The position numbers were made by a program, and so were the translations under genes. DNA of 64,000 nt, taken from positions 1,054,001 to 1,118,000 of the forward strand of contig NC_043000.1 of the NCBI RefSeq assembly GCF_006345805.1, in the 5' to 3' direction. Origin of the DNA: Octopus sinensis (lineage: Eukaryota). The notes below the pieces were generated by a model that ran no database searches, was not told the DNA's origin, and was given only the letters and a program-made list of their open reading frames with translations. Each line of letters starts with the position of its first letter. Positions within the stretch are counted from its first letter, which is position 1. This document shows, piece by piece, positions 1-11,247 of this stretch.

Positions 1-319
1 ATATATATATATATACGACGGGCTTCTTTCAGTTTCCGTCTACCAAATCCACTCACAAGGATAAGCTTAGTAGTTTTGTAAAAGAGGCTGGCTGAATAAG
101 TAATATGACTAAGAAATATGTACTGGGGTCAATTTGTTTGACTAAAACCTTTCAAGCCGCAGCTCCAGCATGTCCGCAGTGAAATGACTGAAAGAATTAA
201 ATGGTTAAGATAAAACATTAACAATATACAGTTGAGGTAAGTCCATGTAACAGCGAGACTTCCATTTGTTCAAAGGCAAAACTGATCATGGTATATGTAA
301 TGCAATCGAAAGTATTTAC

Positions 320-413
320 CTCCATCAATGATGTAAATCGATATTTGTCTTCGGGTGGACTCCCTCTGGTTGCAGGAAATTCCCAATCCATGTCAAAGCC
401 GTCGAAATTGTAT
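320..413 (-). CDS. GH18 chitinase, catalytic exon (YNFDGFDMDWEFPATRGSPPEDKYRFTSLME)
   Basis: Minus strand ttaatag|ATACAATTTC...ATGGAG|gtaaat. 94 nt = 1 nt + 31 codons. Contains the GH18 DxxDxDxE motif and joins in phase with the 1269-1431 exon (AA+A = Lys). The gene continues left of the window. Confidence 0.95.
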
Positions 414-525
414 CTATTAATGGTAAAAAGGTATAAGAGATTTATTTCATTAATATAGACAAAAAGAGCACTGATTGTGTTTCACGTGTTATAACCCGAA
501 CGTCTGAATGCATGTTTATATATGT

Positions 526-559
<34 letters not shown>

Positions 560-611
560 CATACGTATATGCAAAGAGTTTGGGTAAGCTGACAAGTGTG
601 CTTTCCAACTG

Positions 612-987
612 AGGCGGCGAGCTGGCAGAAACGTTAGCACGCCGGGCGAAATGCGTAGCCGTATTTCGTCTGCCGTTACGTCCGGAGTTCAAATTCCGCC
701 GAGGTCGACTTTGCCTTTCACCCTTTCGGGGTCGATAAACTAAGTAGCAGTTACGCACTGGGGTCGATGTAATCGACTTAATCCGTTTGTCTGTCCTTTA
801 GCCCCTTGTGGGTAGTAAAGAAATAGGTATTTCGTCTGTCTTTACGTTCTGAGTTCAAATCCCGCCGAGGTTGACTTCATCCTTTCGGGGTCGATAAATT
901 AAGTACCAGCTGCGTACTGGGGTCTATCTAATCGACTGGCCCCCACCACAAAAGTTTCGGGCCTTGTGCCTAGAGTAGAAAGGAATA
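612..987 (+). mobile_element. tRNA-derived SINE, group A (head plus two body units)
   Basis: Head GGCGAGCTGGCAGAAACGTTAGC, B-box-like GAGTTCAAATTCC, and body GCCTTTCATCCTTTCGGGGTCGATAAA. Many copies in the window. Confidence 0.85.
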
Positions 988-1268
988 ATTGTGCTTCCCA
1001 ACTACATCGTTTTGGATTCGGTCCCACTGTATATCACCTTAGGTGTATCTCTTCTTCAATAACCCAGGGTCGACCAAAGCTTTGTGAGTGGATTTGGTTG
1101 CTGGAAACTGAAAAGTCCCGTCGTTTATGTATGTGTGAGTGTGCGTGTTGTGTACATGTTTATATGCATGTATATATGTAAACAGAGAGAGTGGGGAGGG
1201 AGGGAGGGCGTCTGGGAGAGAGAGTCATATTTAAATCTATATCATTAAGTCAATGGTGGTTAACTTAC

Positions 1269-1431
1269 TTGCGTAAATATTTGATGACATTTTCTATCCA
1301 AATGCGGCGGTTTCTAGAACTGGCTACCATAGGTATAAAAGGCTCGGAACCAATAATCCAGCCACCCACAGCCAATAGGACCTTTAATTTGGGGTTCTTT
1401 TTCTTCAGTGCTAATGTCCGAGCGTAAAGAC
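1269..1431 (-). CDS. GH18 chitinase exon (LYARTLALKKKNPKLKVLLAVGGWIIGSEPFIPMVASSRNRRIWIENVIKYLR)
   Basis: ttaag|GT...CGCAA|gtaagt. 163 nt, phase 1 in and phase 2 out. Carries the GH18 motif NPxLKxLLAVGGW. Confidence 0.95.
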
Positions 1432-1603
1432 CTTAAATATAGAAACAATTATATATTTATTTTACTTAATTTATTTAACCGATATGGAGAACAAGCAAGA
1501 AGTTTTTTTATTATTATTTTTATATCATTATAGAACGGATTTCAACAAGAATAGATCGATTTAGTCCTACACTGTGAACATTTGAATTATATTATCCAAG
1601 ATA

Positions 1604-1805
1604 GAAGGTGGCGAGCGGGCAGAATCGCTAGCGGCATTTCGTCTGTCTTCACGTTGTGTGTTCAAATTCTGCCGAGGCCGACTTTGCCTTTCATCCTTTC
1701 GGGATCTATAAAATAAGTACCAGTCGAGCAATGGAGTCGATATAATCGACTTACCCTGTTCCCCTAAATTACTGGCCTTGAGCCAAAATATGAAACCGAT
1801 ATTAT
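1604..1805 (+). mobile_element. SINE group A, diverged copy
   Basis: Same head, B box and body motifs. Confidence 0.75.
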
Positions 1806-3067
1806 AGAAGATAGAATACAGCTTCTTTCTAGTTAGACTAAGGACTTCATATAAACCTTAAGTTTATCTCAGTAGTACATAAACGGCGCCCTGTATGGTG
1901 TATCTAGGTATCCTTTTATTCTTTTACTTGTTTCAGTCATTTTGACTGCGGCCATACTGGAGCACCGCCTCTTGTCGAACAAATCGCCCACAGGACTTCT
2001 TTTTTGTAGGCCTAGTACTTATTGTAGCTAGTTCAAGCGGCACACACTCCAGCTATGCGACTACCCCCTATGTAACTTTTAGGGCAGCTACAGCAGCTCC
2101 TGTTTCTCTGAACTAGTAAATTATATTCCGACTCCTTCTGTACCTAACTGAGACACATTCCATTCATGACTTCATCATCTAAATAGTTTGGGAAAGAAAA
2201 ATCTCTCCAGAGTATTCTCCACGTCTACTTGTTCTATTGAGTCGCCAACTGACATGAATCCAAATTCGACAACTACTTCAAAATTGTCAGTAGTGGAGGC
2301 CCTGCGATGGCCGAAGGCAAACCCTATCTCAAAGTATCGGATTAAGCAATACAAATTTCAATAAAGCTGTACATCGCTGATGAAGCCAGAATAATCCCGA
2401 AACAGCTTACCTTGTCTTTGCTAAGAAATGAAAATAATATTGTGAGGTATACTAGCCATCTCAATATGGCTAACCACTAAGGGTGGGTGTTACTGTAGCT
2501 TGTATCCCCAGGAGAACATCGTCTCCAGCTGGCTTTAGGCACACTTTTTGTGCCCTTATGGTATTTGCAAAGAGAGGTCATCCCTCCCTCATCAACCTAT
2601 GTGATACGCACGGACTGCAGTTTCTAGGTATTGACCTGTCGTCGACGTACGACAATCACCGGTTTTCGATGAAAGGAGACCCAATGCAAATACTTATAAC
2701 GTTTTTCCAGTAACTATTCGTCACTGATCTCGAAAAACTGTATTCAAGCCAAGCAATTATTGAAAATAATATTAATCTGATTAAAATCGCTTCTGTTTTC
2801 TTTTTCTTACTACATACTTATTTCTGATTTTCTTTTGTTAACACTTGTTACATTAGATATTTTACCAATAAATCAACTATTATTTTTGTGTGTGTGCGTG
2901 CAGAGGTAGTCTCTGAATTATATGGTACGTATTTCATCGACTATATCATTGAAATGTGAAAGACAAATCCACCCAGACAGAGTCTTCACTAAGGACAAGG
3001 AACTACAAGGAACCAATACTACAAGGAATCAATACTGATTGTCCCCATCCAACAATTTTATATATAA

Positions 3068-3467
3068 CTAGCAGTATCGCCCGGCGTTGCTCGGGTTTGT
3101 AAGGGAAATAACTATATAAGCATTTTTAGAGAGTTATAGCCAAAAAATAGCAAAAAAATGCATTAAAAAATAGAAAAAAAATTATAGTAAATTTTTTTTA
3201 AATCGTTGACTCATCGTAGACATTTTTAGAGAGTTACTTCCCTTATATTTAAAAAAATATGCGTTAAAATGGAAAAAATTGATGGTAAATTATTTTTAAA
3301 ATCGTAGACTCATCGTAGACGCGCGCTAATACCCAGAAGGGCTTGATATGAATCACGACTATAAGATACCCGGTTTTGGTTAAACTGCACCGCAAAATGT
3401 GGGAGTAGTTAGGAATCTAAATCGAAGGGGACAGACACTCACACAACTACAGTTTTATATATAAAGA
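3068..3467 (-). mobile_element. Non-autonomous Helitron (body type 1)
   Basis: Minus strand begins TC and ends CCCGAGCAACGCCGGG (hairpin) CGATACTGCTAG. Near-identical to 38931-39326 and 54113-54506. Confidence 0.85.
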
Positions 3468-3960
3468 CTACTTCTAAATTAGGAACATGACCAAAAATTG
3501 GGGGGAGAGGAATAATCGATTACAACAGCTTCAGTATTTGATTGATAGTTTATTTTATCGACCTTCGAAGGATGAAATACTGAGTTGATCTCGGCCGGGA
3601 TGTGAACTCAGAATGTAAAGAAATGTGACAAAGAGCGCAAATAATTATTAGTTTGATGCTAACACGCATTATTCATCATCTGTGCGCACTAATCCTTCCT
3701 AATTTTGTTACAATGCCAGCATTTTTGAGCGGAGGGGGCTAATTCGATAACACAGACCCTAGTATTTGACTGATATTTATTTTCTTAACCCTGAATGAAG
3801 GAAAGGAAAAGTTGACCTTGACAAGATTTGAACTCAGAGCATAAAGCCTCTAAACACTTTTGTCGACGAGCTAGCGATTCTGCCAGCTCGCTGCATTAAT
3901 CCGTAAGCAATAAAAAAGAAGGTAATGAGAAAAGAAAATAGAATATACGAATAAATTTAC

Positions 3961-4142
3961 CTGTTCCAGGTGTAACGTCGTTCCAGTTAAAAGGTGTCAG
4001 GTTACGACCATCATCAGATATGTCAACGAATGCATATATGACGTGAGTACATAAAAAGGGATCGATATTTTCGGGTAAGAATTCACCAATGCCTGGCCGG
4101 GTCTGTGCAAAGCTGCTATAGTAGCAGAAGACCTTCTAGATC
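3961..4142 (-). CDS. GH18 chitinase exon (VFCYYSSFAQTRPGIGEFLPENIDPFLCTHVIYAF...FNWNDVTPGT), with an apparent 1-nt frameshift near its 5' end
   Basis: Polypyrimidine tract tttctttccag|GATCTAGAAGGTCTTCTGC...ACAG|gtaaat. Shows the CYY, IDPxLCTHxIYAF and WND motifs. The 3' phase matches the next exon, but the 5' end is one base short of frame (see findings). Confidence 0.9.
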
Positions 4143-4150
4143 CTGGAAAG

Positions 4151-4189
<39 letters not shown>

Positions 4190-4849
4190 GAGAAGGAGGG
4201 TCATTAAAATAACTATATTCATCATAAATACAGATAATATAAAATACGTATGAGGCACATTGTCATATATACAAGTTCATGCATACATACATGCACACAT
4301 GCATACAGACATACAGACAGACAGACATACACTCACACACACATACACACACACGCATACATACATACATACATACATACATACATACATACATACATAC
4401 ATACTATATATATTTCTATTTTTGTTTCTTGTATTTATATTCGTGTGGCATCCTGTCTTTGTTCCGTATACATTCGATCCTCTTTCCAAGAAATCCAATG
4501 CCTGTGGCTTGGTTTTTCCTTGGGGCTGGCCGGGTCGGAGTGATATCGAGATTAAACAGCCGAAATTACTAAGATGATCCGGTTCCCGACTGAAGATTAG
4601 AGGCTTCGAGTGACCCGTCTGTTTTTTTGTGTCGTCTCTTTGTGTGTTTTTGCGTTCTTGTCCCACTTTGTAATTTATATTTTATATTTAATTTCTATAC
4701 ATATATATATATATATATTATATATATATATATATATATACACACACATATATAGTCTACCCAGATTACAAGTTCAGGTTTATACCTGTAATTATTGGAG
4801 TATGTAACACACTGGAACCATGTAACACACTGCTTATGTAACACACTGG

Positions 4850-5190
4850 AGCCAAAATCCGGTCTATTGTCAAAGTAAGTGTCATTGCTACACGACAATG
4901 AACGCCCACATACGGCTGGCCACACCGTTGAAACCATTGAAAAACTGGGTTTCAAGTTACTGGAATACCTTGCATACAGTCTAGATGTCTTCCCTTCCGA
5001 CTATCACCTCCTTAAACCATTTACACATCCTTTACAAGGACGTTGATTTGTTATGGACGAAGAAGCGTAGGAAACTGCATAGTTGGCTGAGCAACCAGCC
5101 GAAATCTTATCCGATGGAAGAAGCAAGCTCTGGCACACAGAAAGAAGGGTTTCGAAAAGCAAGGAGACTATGTTTAAAAATAATGTAGCC
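4850..5190 (+). mobile_element. Mariner transposase C-terminal relic
   Basis: Translates to LLHDNERPH...LEYLAYSLDVFPSDYHLL, a decayed form of the HDNARPH and YSPDLAPSD mariner motifs, with stops and frameshifts. Confidence 0.8.
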
Positions 5191-5600
5191 GCTCAAACTT
5201 TCAAATTTTAGCACAAGACCAGCAATTTGAGGTGGAGTAAGTCGATTATATCGACCTCAATGCCAACTGGTACTTATTTTATCGACCCCGAAAGAATGAA
5301 AGACAAAGCCGATCCCCGGAATTTGAACTCCGAACACAAAACCGGACGAAATGCTGCTAAGCATTTTCCCCCACATGCTAGCGATTCTTCCAGCTCACTC
5401 GCCGTGACAACAGGTAACGCTGCATCCCTGTTGATAAGCTTCCCTTCCCATTTAGAAACTATTTCAGCTGCGATGTACAACCTATCGTATATAAGGTATA
5501 TATAAATGTGCTTTCCACATTAAAATACATTTCCTATGACTGATACGAACGTCCAAGGTGTATGCGAGCAAATCCACACTCACCAACGCATAGCAAGAAT

Positions 5601-6446
5601 AACAGTACACTGCTGGAACGATCATTGAGAACAGTGTACACTGTTGGGACGATCATTGAAAACAGTGTACACTGTTGGAACGATCATTGAGAACAGTGTA
5701 CACTGTTGGAACGATCATTGAGAACAGTGTACACTGTTGGGACGATCATTGAGAACAGTGTACACTGTTGGAACGATCATTGAGAACAGTGTACACTGTT
5801 GGGACGATCATTGAGAACAGTGTACACTGTTGGGATGATCATTGAAAACAGTGTACACTGTTGGAACGATCATTGAGAACAGTGTACACTGTTGGGATGA
5901 TCATTGAAAACAGTGTACACTGTTGGAACGATCATTGAGAACAGTGTACACTGTTGGGACGATCATTGAGAACAGTGTACACTGTTGGGATGATCATTGA
6001 GAACAGTGTACACTGTTGGGACGATCATTGAGAACAGTGTACACTGTTGGAACGATCATTGAGAACAGTGTACACTGTTGGGGTGATCATTGAGAACAGT
6101 GTACACTGTTGGAACGATCATTGAGAACAGTGTACACTGTTGGAACGATCATTGAGAACAGTGTACACTGTTGGAACGATCATTGAGAACAGTGTACACT
6201 GTTGGGATGATCATTGAGAACAGTGTACACTGTTGGGATGATCATTGAAAACAGTGTACACTGTTGGGGTGATCATTGAGAACAGTGTACACTGTTGGAA
6301 CGATCATTGAGAACAGTGTACACTGTTGGAACGATCATTGAGAACAGTGTACACTGTTGGGATGATCATTGAAAACAGTGTACACTGTTGGAACGATCAT
6401 TGAGAACAGTGTACACTGTTGGAACAATCATTGAGAACAGTGTACA
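5601..6446. repeat. 31-bp minisatellite, ~27 copies, with a perfect 16-bp palindrome in each unit
   Basis: Unit GAACAGTGTACACTGTTGGAACGATCATTGA. AACAGTGTACACTGTT is self-complementary. No spacers. Confidence 0.95.
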
Positions 6447-6616
6447 ATCTCCTCCTTCTCTTAAACTCCTCCTATTCCCTTTACTTTGCCTCTTCTCTCT
6501 ATACAATACTTATTATGTCTCAAATCCAGCACCAAATATTTCATTTTCGCTCAAATTTTTGCCTTTAGAACGGGAACTTATTTCGAATTCACTCCTACCC
6601 ACATTCCCTTATAGAT

Positions 6617-7261
6617 CAGTGCTTCTCAAACTAACGGCGGGATTTTTCCAATGTGCTAGGGACCCGTAAGATTTCTTAGTAATTCTTTTACTTGTTTCAG
6701 TCATGTGACTGTGGCCATGCTGGAGCACTGCCTTTAGTCGAGCAAGTCGACCCCAGGACTTATTCTTTGTAAGCCTAGCACTTATTCTATCGGTTTCTTT
6801 TACCGAACCGCTAAGTTACGGGGACGTAAACACACCAACATCTTTGTCAAGCGATGTTGGGGGGACAAACACAGACACACATACATATATATATACGACG
6901 GGCTTCTTTCAGTTTCCATCTACCAAATCCACTCACAAGGGTTTGGTCGGCCCGAGTCTATAGTAGGTGCCACGCAGAGGGACTGAACCCGGAACCATGT
7001 AAGTAAACAAGCTACTTACCACACAGCCACTCCTACGCCTAATATTAATTTATCCGGAAACAATATATATAATGAGTATGATAAATGTTGACAATTTCTT
7101 TTATCTCATATTTATTTTGTAAACAAATAATACAATATTACATACGCATCTTATAAGCATTTTACAAATGTTTCTTTCTTTTCTGGAAACTCGCCGCATA
7201 CCGGTAGCTGATGGCCCGCGGATCGGCACCGGTCCGCGGACCGCCATATTGAGTAGAACTG
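6617..7261. mobile_element. Probable hAT-type non-autonomous element containing a nested SINE
   Basis: Imperfect TIRs CAGTGCTTCTCAA / TTGAGTAGAACTG and subterminal GGCCCGCGGATCGGCACCGGTCCGCGG, resembling Charlie-type ends. No clear 8-bp TSD. Confidence 0.5.
6682..7040 (-). mobile_element. tRNA-derived SINE, group B (CORE-like block, internal microsatellite)
   Basis: Head GGAGTGGCTGTGTGGTAAG...GGTTCAGTCC and tail CCAGCATGGCCACAGTCACATGACTGAAACAAGTAAAAG. Confidence 0.85.
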
Positions 7262-7333
7262 CTATGTTTGTTTTTGTTTGTTTGTTTTTCCAGTTTCAGC
7301 TCTTGAGCTGTGGCCATGCTGGGGCACCGCCAT

Positions 7334-7495
7334 TGTGGTGAAAGAGTACAGCAGGGATCACCACCCCCTGCCGGAGCCTCGTAGAGCTTTTAGGTGTTTT
7401 CGCTCAATAAACACACACAACGCCCAGTCTGAGAATCGAAACCGCGATCCTGCGACCGCGAGTCCGCTGCCCTAACCACTAGGCCATTGCGCCTC
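7334..7495 (-). mobile_element. SINE group C, 5' fragment
   Basis: Head GGCGCAATGGCCTAGTGGTTAGGGCAGCGGACTCGCGGTCG. Confidence 0.75.
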
Positions 7496-7746
7496 TATAG
7501 ATAACATCCTACAGAAATGCAAGCTGAACATTAACCGATATCATCCTCCCCGATCAGAAAGGAGTCGCCCGCTAAGTTCTTGCGCACTGTACTTTACGCA
7601 TGTCCGAAATGTAAACAACAACGCGTTTAGCACAGGTGTCATTTTCCAAGAAAATGATAATCTGATATCCTTCATTCATATATACTTACATGGTGCGACA
7701 CATATACACGCCATTGCGTTTCATTCGCAGTAAAACCCGATACACA

Positions 7747-7787
<41 letters not shown>

Positions 7788-7970
7788 TGCCATTACGTTG
7801 GCATGTGTTTGTCTGCGTATGTGTGCGGTGGTATTGTGACACAACTAATCCAGTAACACACTTGCACACACTCGTGCGCGGGGACACACACACACAGACA
7901 CACACACCGCTTTGCACACATATACACACACTCTGTCTTAGCTATGTAGACACACAAACTCACACACACA

Positions 7971-8019
<49 letters not shown>

Positions 8020-8343
8020 ATCAAAATCTATTAAAAGTACTTTTTTTATTTTGTAAATTTCCTGTCTCAAATTTCAAATGTCATCTAACGTCTCATAAAA
8101 ACCGCCCAGTAAACAGAAAATTTATGATAAATTCAACTCTTTTCTAAGTCATGAGACTTCCCGTCAGTAAATTTTCCTATTCTTTTACCAGTTTTAAACT
8201 TATAAGCTCAATTTGACATTCATATCTTCCGCTAAGAGTAGTTAATGAAGAATTAATTTAGAAAACTGTCGATTTGCTAAGCTAATTTTAAAGTTTATCT
8301 GAATTCCTCAAGTCAGAAATATCCATCATCTTTTGATGCTTAC

Positions 8344-8401
8344 CTTGGACTTTTGTAATGGATATACCCGCTATCAACAGCAGTGCAACTGGTAACTTCA
8401 T
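8344..8401 (-). CDS. Chitinase first coding exon, signal peptide MKLPVALLLIAGISITKVQ(G)
   Basis: tttcagtttcag|T ATG AAG TTA...CAA G|gtaagc. Hydrophobic signal-like peptide with a phase-1 donor. The ATG is 1 nt inside an acceptor, which implies an upstream non-coding exon. Confidence 0.85.
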
Positions 8402-8450
8402 ACTGAAACTGAAATACATAAAAAATATAGAAGAAATATTACAACAGTTA

Positions 8451-8831
8451 TCTCTCTATATATAAACGGCAGTTTGTCTGTGTGTGTTTCTGTGTGTCTG
8501 TTTGGTTGTACCCTCACCCTGACCACGGCTTTCAACCGATTCTGATGAAACTTGACACACACATAGCCCAATGTCATAATTCAAAACTAATGCAGCGAAA
8601 TTTGAAAGTTCCCCCCAGTTCTGAAAAAAATCGATAATTCGACATGGGGTCGAGAATCAGAAACACAAACCACAGACTGTCTAGGGGACGCAACTCGACC
8701 TTTTTTAACTAAAAAAAAAATTTACCACCATTTTTTTTTCCGTTTCTTTGCTATTTTTGGCTATAACTCTCTAAAAATGCTTTATAGTTATTTCCCTTAC
8801 AAACCCGAGCAACGCCGGGCGATACTGCTAG
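8451..8831 (+). mobile_element. Non-autonomous Helitron (body type 2)
   Basis: A|TC...CCCGAGCAACGCCGGGCGATACTGCTAG|T: canonical AT target, no TSD, 3' hairpin. Confidence 0.9.
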
Positions 8832-8997
8832 TGAGCAATAAAAGCGAAACTGAAATATTATTAAAACAAATGACAAACACAAAAGTAGTGAACAAGTAAA
8901 ATATTACCTGCAACCATTTTGCATGCGAACGGAAAATCAGAAAAGCTCGACAATGGGAAGCACACGATTTGAATGAAAACCAGAAAATGCGCAGATA

Positions 8998-9473
8998 GGC
9001 GCAGGAGTGGCTGTGTGGTAAGTAGCTTGCTAACCAACCACATGGCTCCGGGTTCAGTCCCACTGCGTGGCATCTTGGGCAAGTGTCTTCTGCTATAGCC
9101 CCGGGCCGACCAATGCCTTATGAGTGGATTTGGTAGACGGAAACTGAAAGAAGCTTGTCGTCATATGTAGATATATATAATATATATATATATATGTGTG
9201 TGTGATGTGTGTGTGTGTGTGTGTGTGGGTTGTGTGTGTGTGTGTGGTGTGTGTGTGTGGTGTCTGGTTGTCCCCCTAGCATTGCTTGACAACCGAGCTG
9301 GTGTGTTTACGTCCCCGTCACTTAGCGGTTCGGCAAAAGAGCCCGATAGAATAAGTACTGGGCTTACAAAGAATAAGTCCTGGGGTCGATTTGCTCGACT
9401 AAAGACGGTGCTCCAGCATGGCCGCAGTCAAATGACTGAAACAAGTAAAAGAGTAAAAGAGTAAAAAAAGAGT
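8998..9473 (+). mobile_element. SINE group B, full length
   Basis: Complete head, CTTGGGCAAGTG block, (TA)/(TG) insert, and tail with (GTAAAAGA)n. Confidence 0.9.
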
Positions 9474-9950
9474 ATATGAAATTTACACGTCGCTTCTTCT
9501 CCATAACCAGACCGATCCATTTTCGACCGTATTGTAACTTACGGGGAAAAGTGGATTCGGTACAACAATAATAATATTAAAAAAAAAACGTTCTTCGCAG
9601 TGGTTGCACCAAAATGAAGCACCAAAAACCTTCCCTAGACCCGAGCTCTTCAAAAAAAAAGGGTCATGGCGACTGTTCAGCTGATGCTAGTTACCTGCCG
9701 GGAAGAATTTTACGAATAAATCCATCATGTAATATGCGAATATGAACAAGAAGGGTAGTAATATTATTTACTACCAGGTGCCCAGCACAAAAGACGAATT
9801 AGTCATAAGACAAAAATATTATTCATATAGAAAAATATTATTCATGTAGTTATACAATTAAGGGCTCCTAAATTAAGATGCCGAGTGCGGGAACACAAAA
9901 GGGGATGAATTTATCGAGAGTGAAAAACAAAAACGTTTACCGATAACTTT

Positions 9951-10026
9951 AACTCGAACCGCGGTTTCTGCTTCTTTCTAGCAAAACACAAAATATGTTT
10001 GCTAAGGCTAGCTTCATCAGCGAGTC
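9951..10026 (-). ncRNA. Type I hammerhead-ribozyme-like motif, copy 1
   Basis: Reverse complement of the motif at 10515-10590 (tcatcag at 10014-10020). Confidence 0.6.
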
Positions 10027-10514
10027 GCCTTAATTTAATCGAGGTCTGCAGCGATGTGAGACCATGTGTTGATCTCGAACTACTAGCAGATCTTAACTTT
10101 TCAAATCTCTGCGCAGACGCAAAATTTATACGGCAGTATAGGGCATGCCGGGAAGAATTTTACGAATAAATCCATCATGTAATATGCGAATATGTGTTCC
10201 CAGCACTCGGCATCTTAATTTAGGAGCCCTTAATTGTATAACTACATGAATAATATTTTTCTATATGAATAATATTTTTGTCTTATGACTAATTCGTCTT
10301 TTGTGCTGGGCACCTGGTAGTAAATAATATTACTACCCTTCTTGTTCATATTCGCATAATACATGATGGATTTATTCGTAAAATTCTTCCCGGCATGCCC
10401 TATACTGCCGTATAAATTTTGCGTCTGCGCAGAGATTTGAAAAGTTAAGATCTGCTAGTAGTTCGAGATCAACACATGGTCTCACATCGCTGCAGACCTC
10501 GATTAAATTAAGAC

Positions 10515-10590
10515 GACTCGCTGATGAAGCTAGCCTTAGCAAACATATTTTGTGTTTTGCTAGAAAGAAGCAGAAACCGCGGTTCGAGTT
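10515..10590 (+). ncRNA. Type I hammerhead-ribozyme-like motif, copy 2
   Basis: GACUCG-CUGAUGA-(A)GCU..long hairpin..AGC(A)-GAAA-CCGCGG-UU^CGAGUU: 6-bp stem I, intact core, palindromic stem III. Confidence 0.6.
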
Positions 10591-10966
10591 AAAGTTATCG
10601 GTAAACGTTTTTGTTTTTCACTCTCGATAAATTCATCCCCTTTTTGTGTTCCCAGCACTCGGCATCTTAATTTAGGAGCCCTTAATTGTATAACTACATG
10701 AATAATATTTTTCTATATGAATAAAATTTTTGTCTTATGACTAATTCGTCTTTTGTGCTGGGCACCTGGTAGTAAATAATATTACTACCCTTCTTGTTCA
10801 TATTCGCATATTACATGATGGATTTATTCGTAAAATTCTTCCCGGCATGCCCTATACTGCCGTATAAATTTTGCGTCTGCGCAGAGATTTGAAAAGTTAA
10901 GATCTGCTAGTAGTTCGAGATCAACACATGGTCTCACATCGCTGCAGACCTCGATTAAATTAAGGC

Positions 10967-11040
10967 GACTCGCTGATGAAGCTAGCCTTAGCAAACATAT
11001 TTGTGTTTTGCTAGAAGAAGCAGAAACCGCGGTTCGAGTT
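10967..11040 (+). ncRNA. Type I hammerhead-ribozyme-like motif, copy 3
   Basis: Same motif. CTGATGA at 10973-10979, predicted cut after 11034. Confidence 0.6.
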
Positions 11041-11247
11041 AAAGTTATCGGTAAACGTTTTTGTTTTTCACACTCTCGATAAATTCATCCCCTTTTTGTG
11101 TTCCCAGCACTCGCATCTTAATTTAGGAGCCCTTAATTGTATAACTACATGAATAATATTTTTCTATATGAATAATATTTTTGTCTTATGACTAATTCGT
11201 CTTTTGTGCTGGGCACCTGGTAGTAAATAATATTACTACCCTTCTTG

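Noticed and set aside
612-700. tRNA genes at SINE heads (here and at groups B, C, D)
   Set aside because: Only A/B-box-like remnants are present; no complete cloverleaf, and they run into SINE bodies.
5601-6446. CRISPR array (31-bp palindromic repeats)
   Set aside because: Units are contiguous with no unique spacers, there are no cas genes, and the context is a eukaryotic intron.
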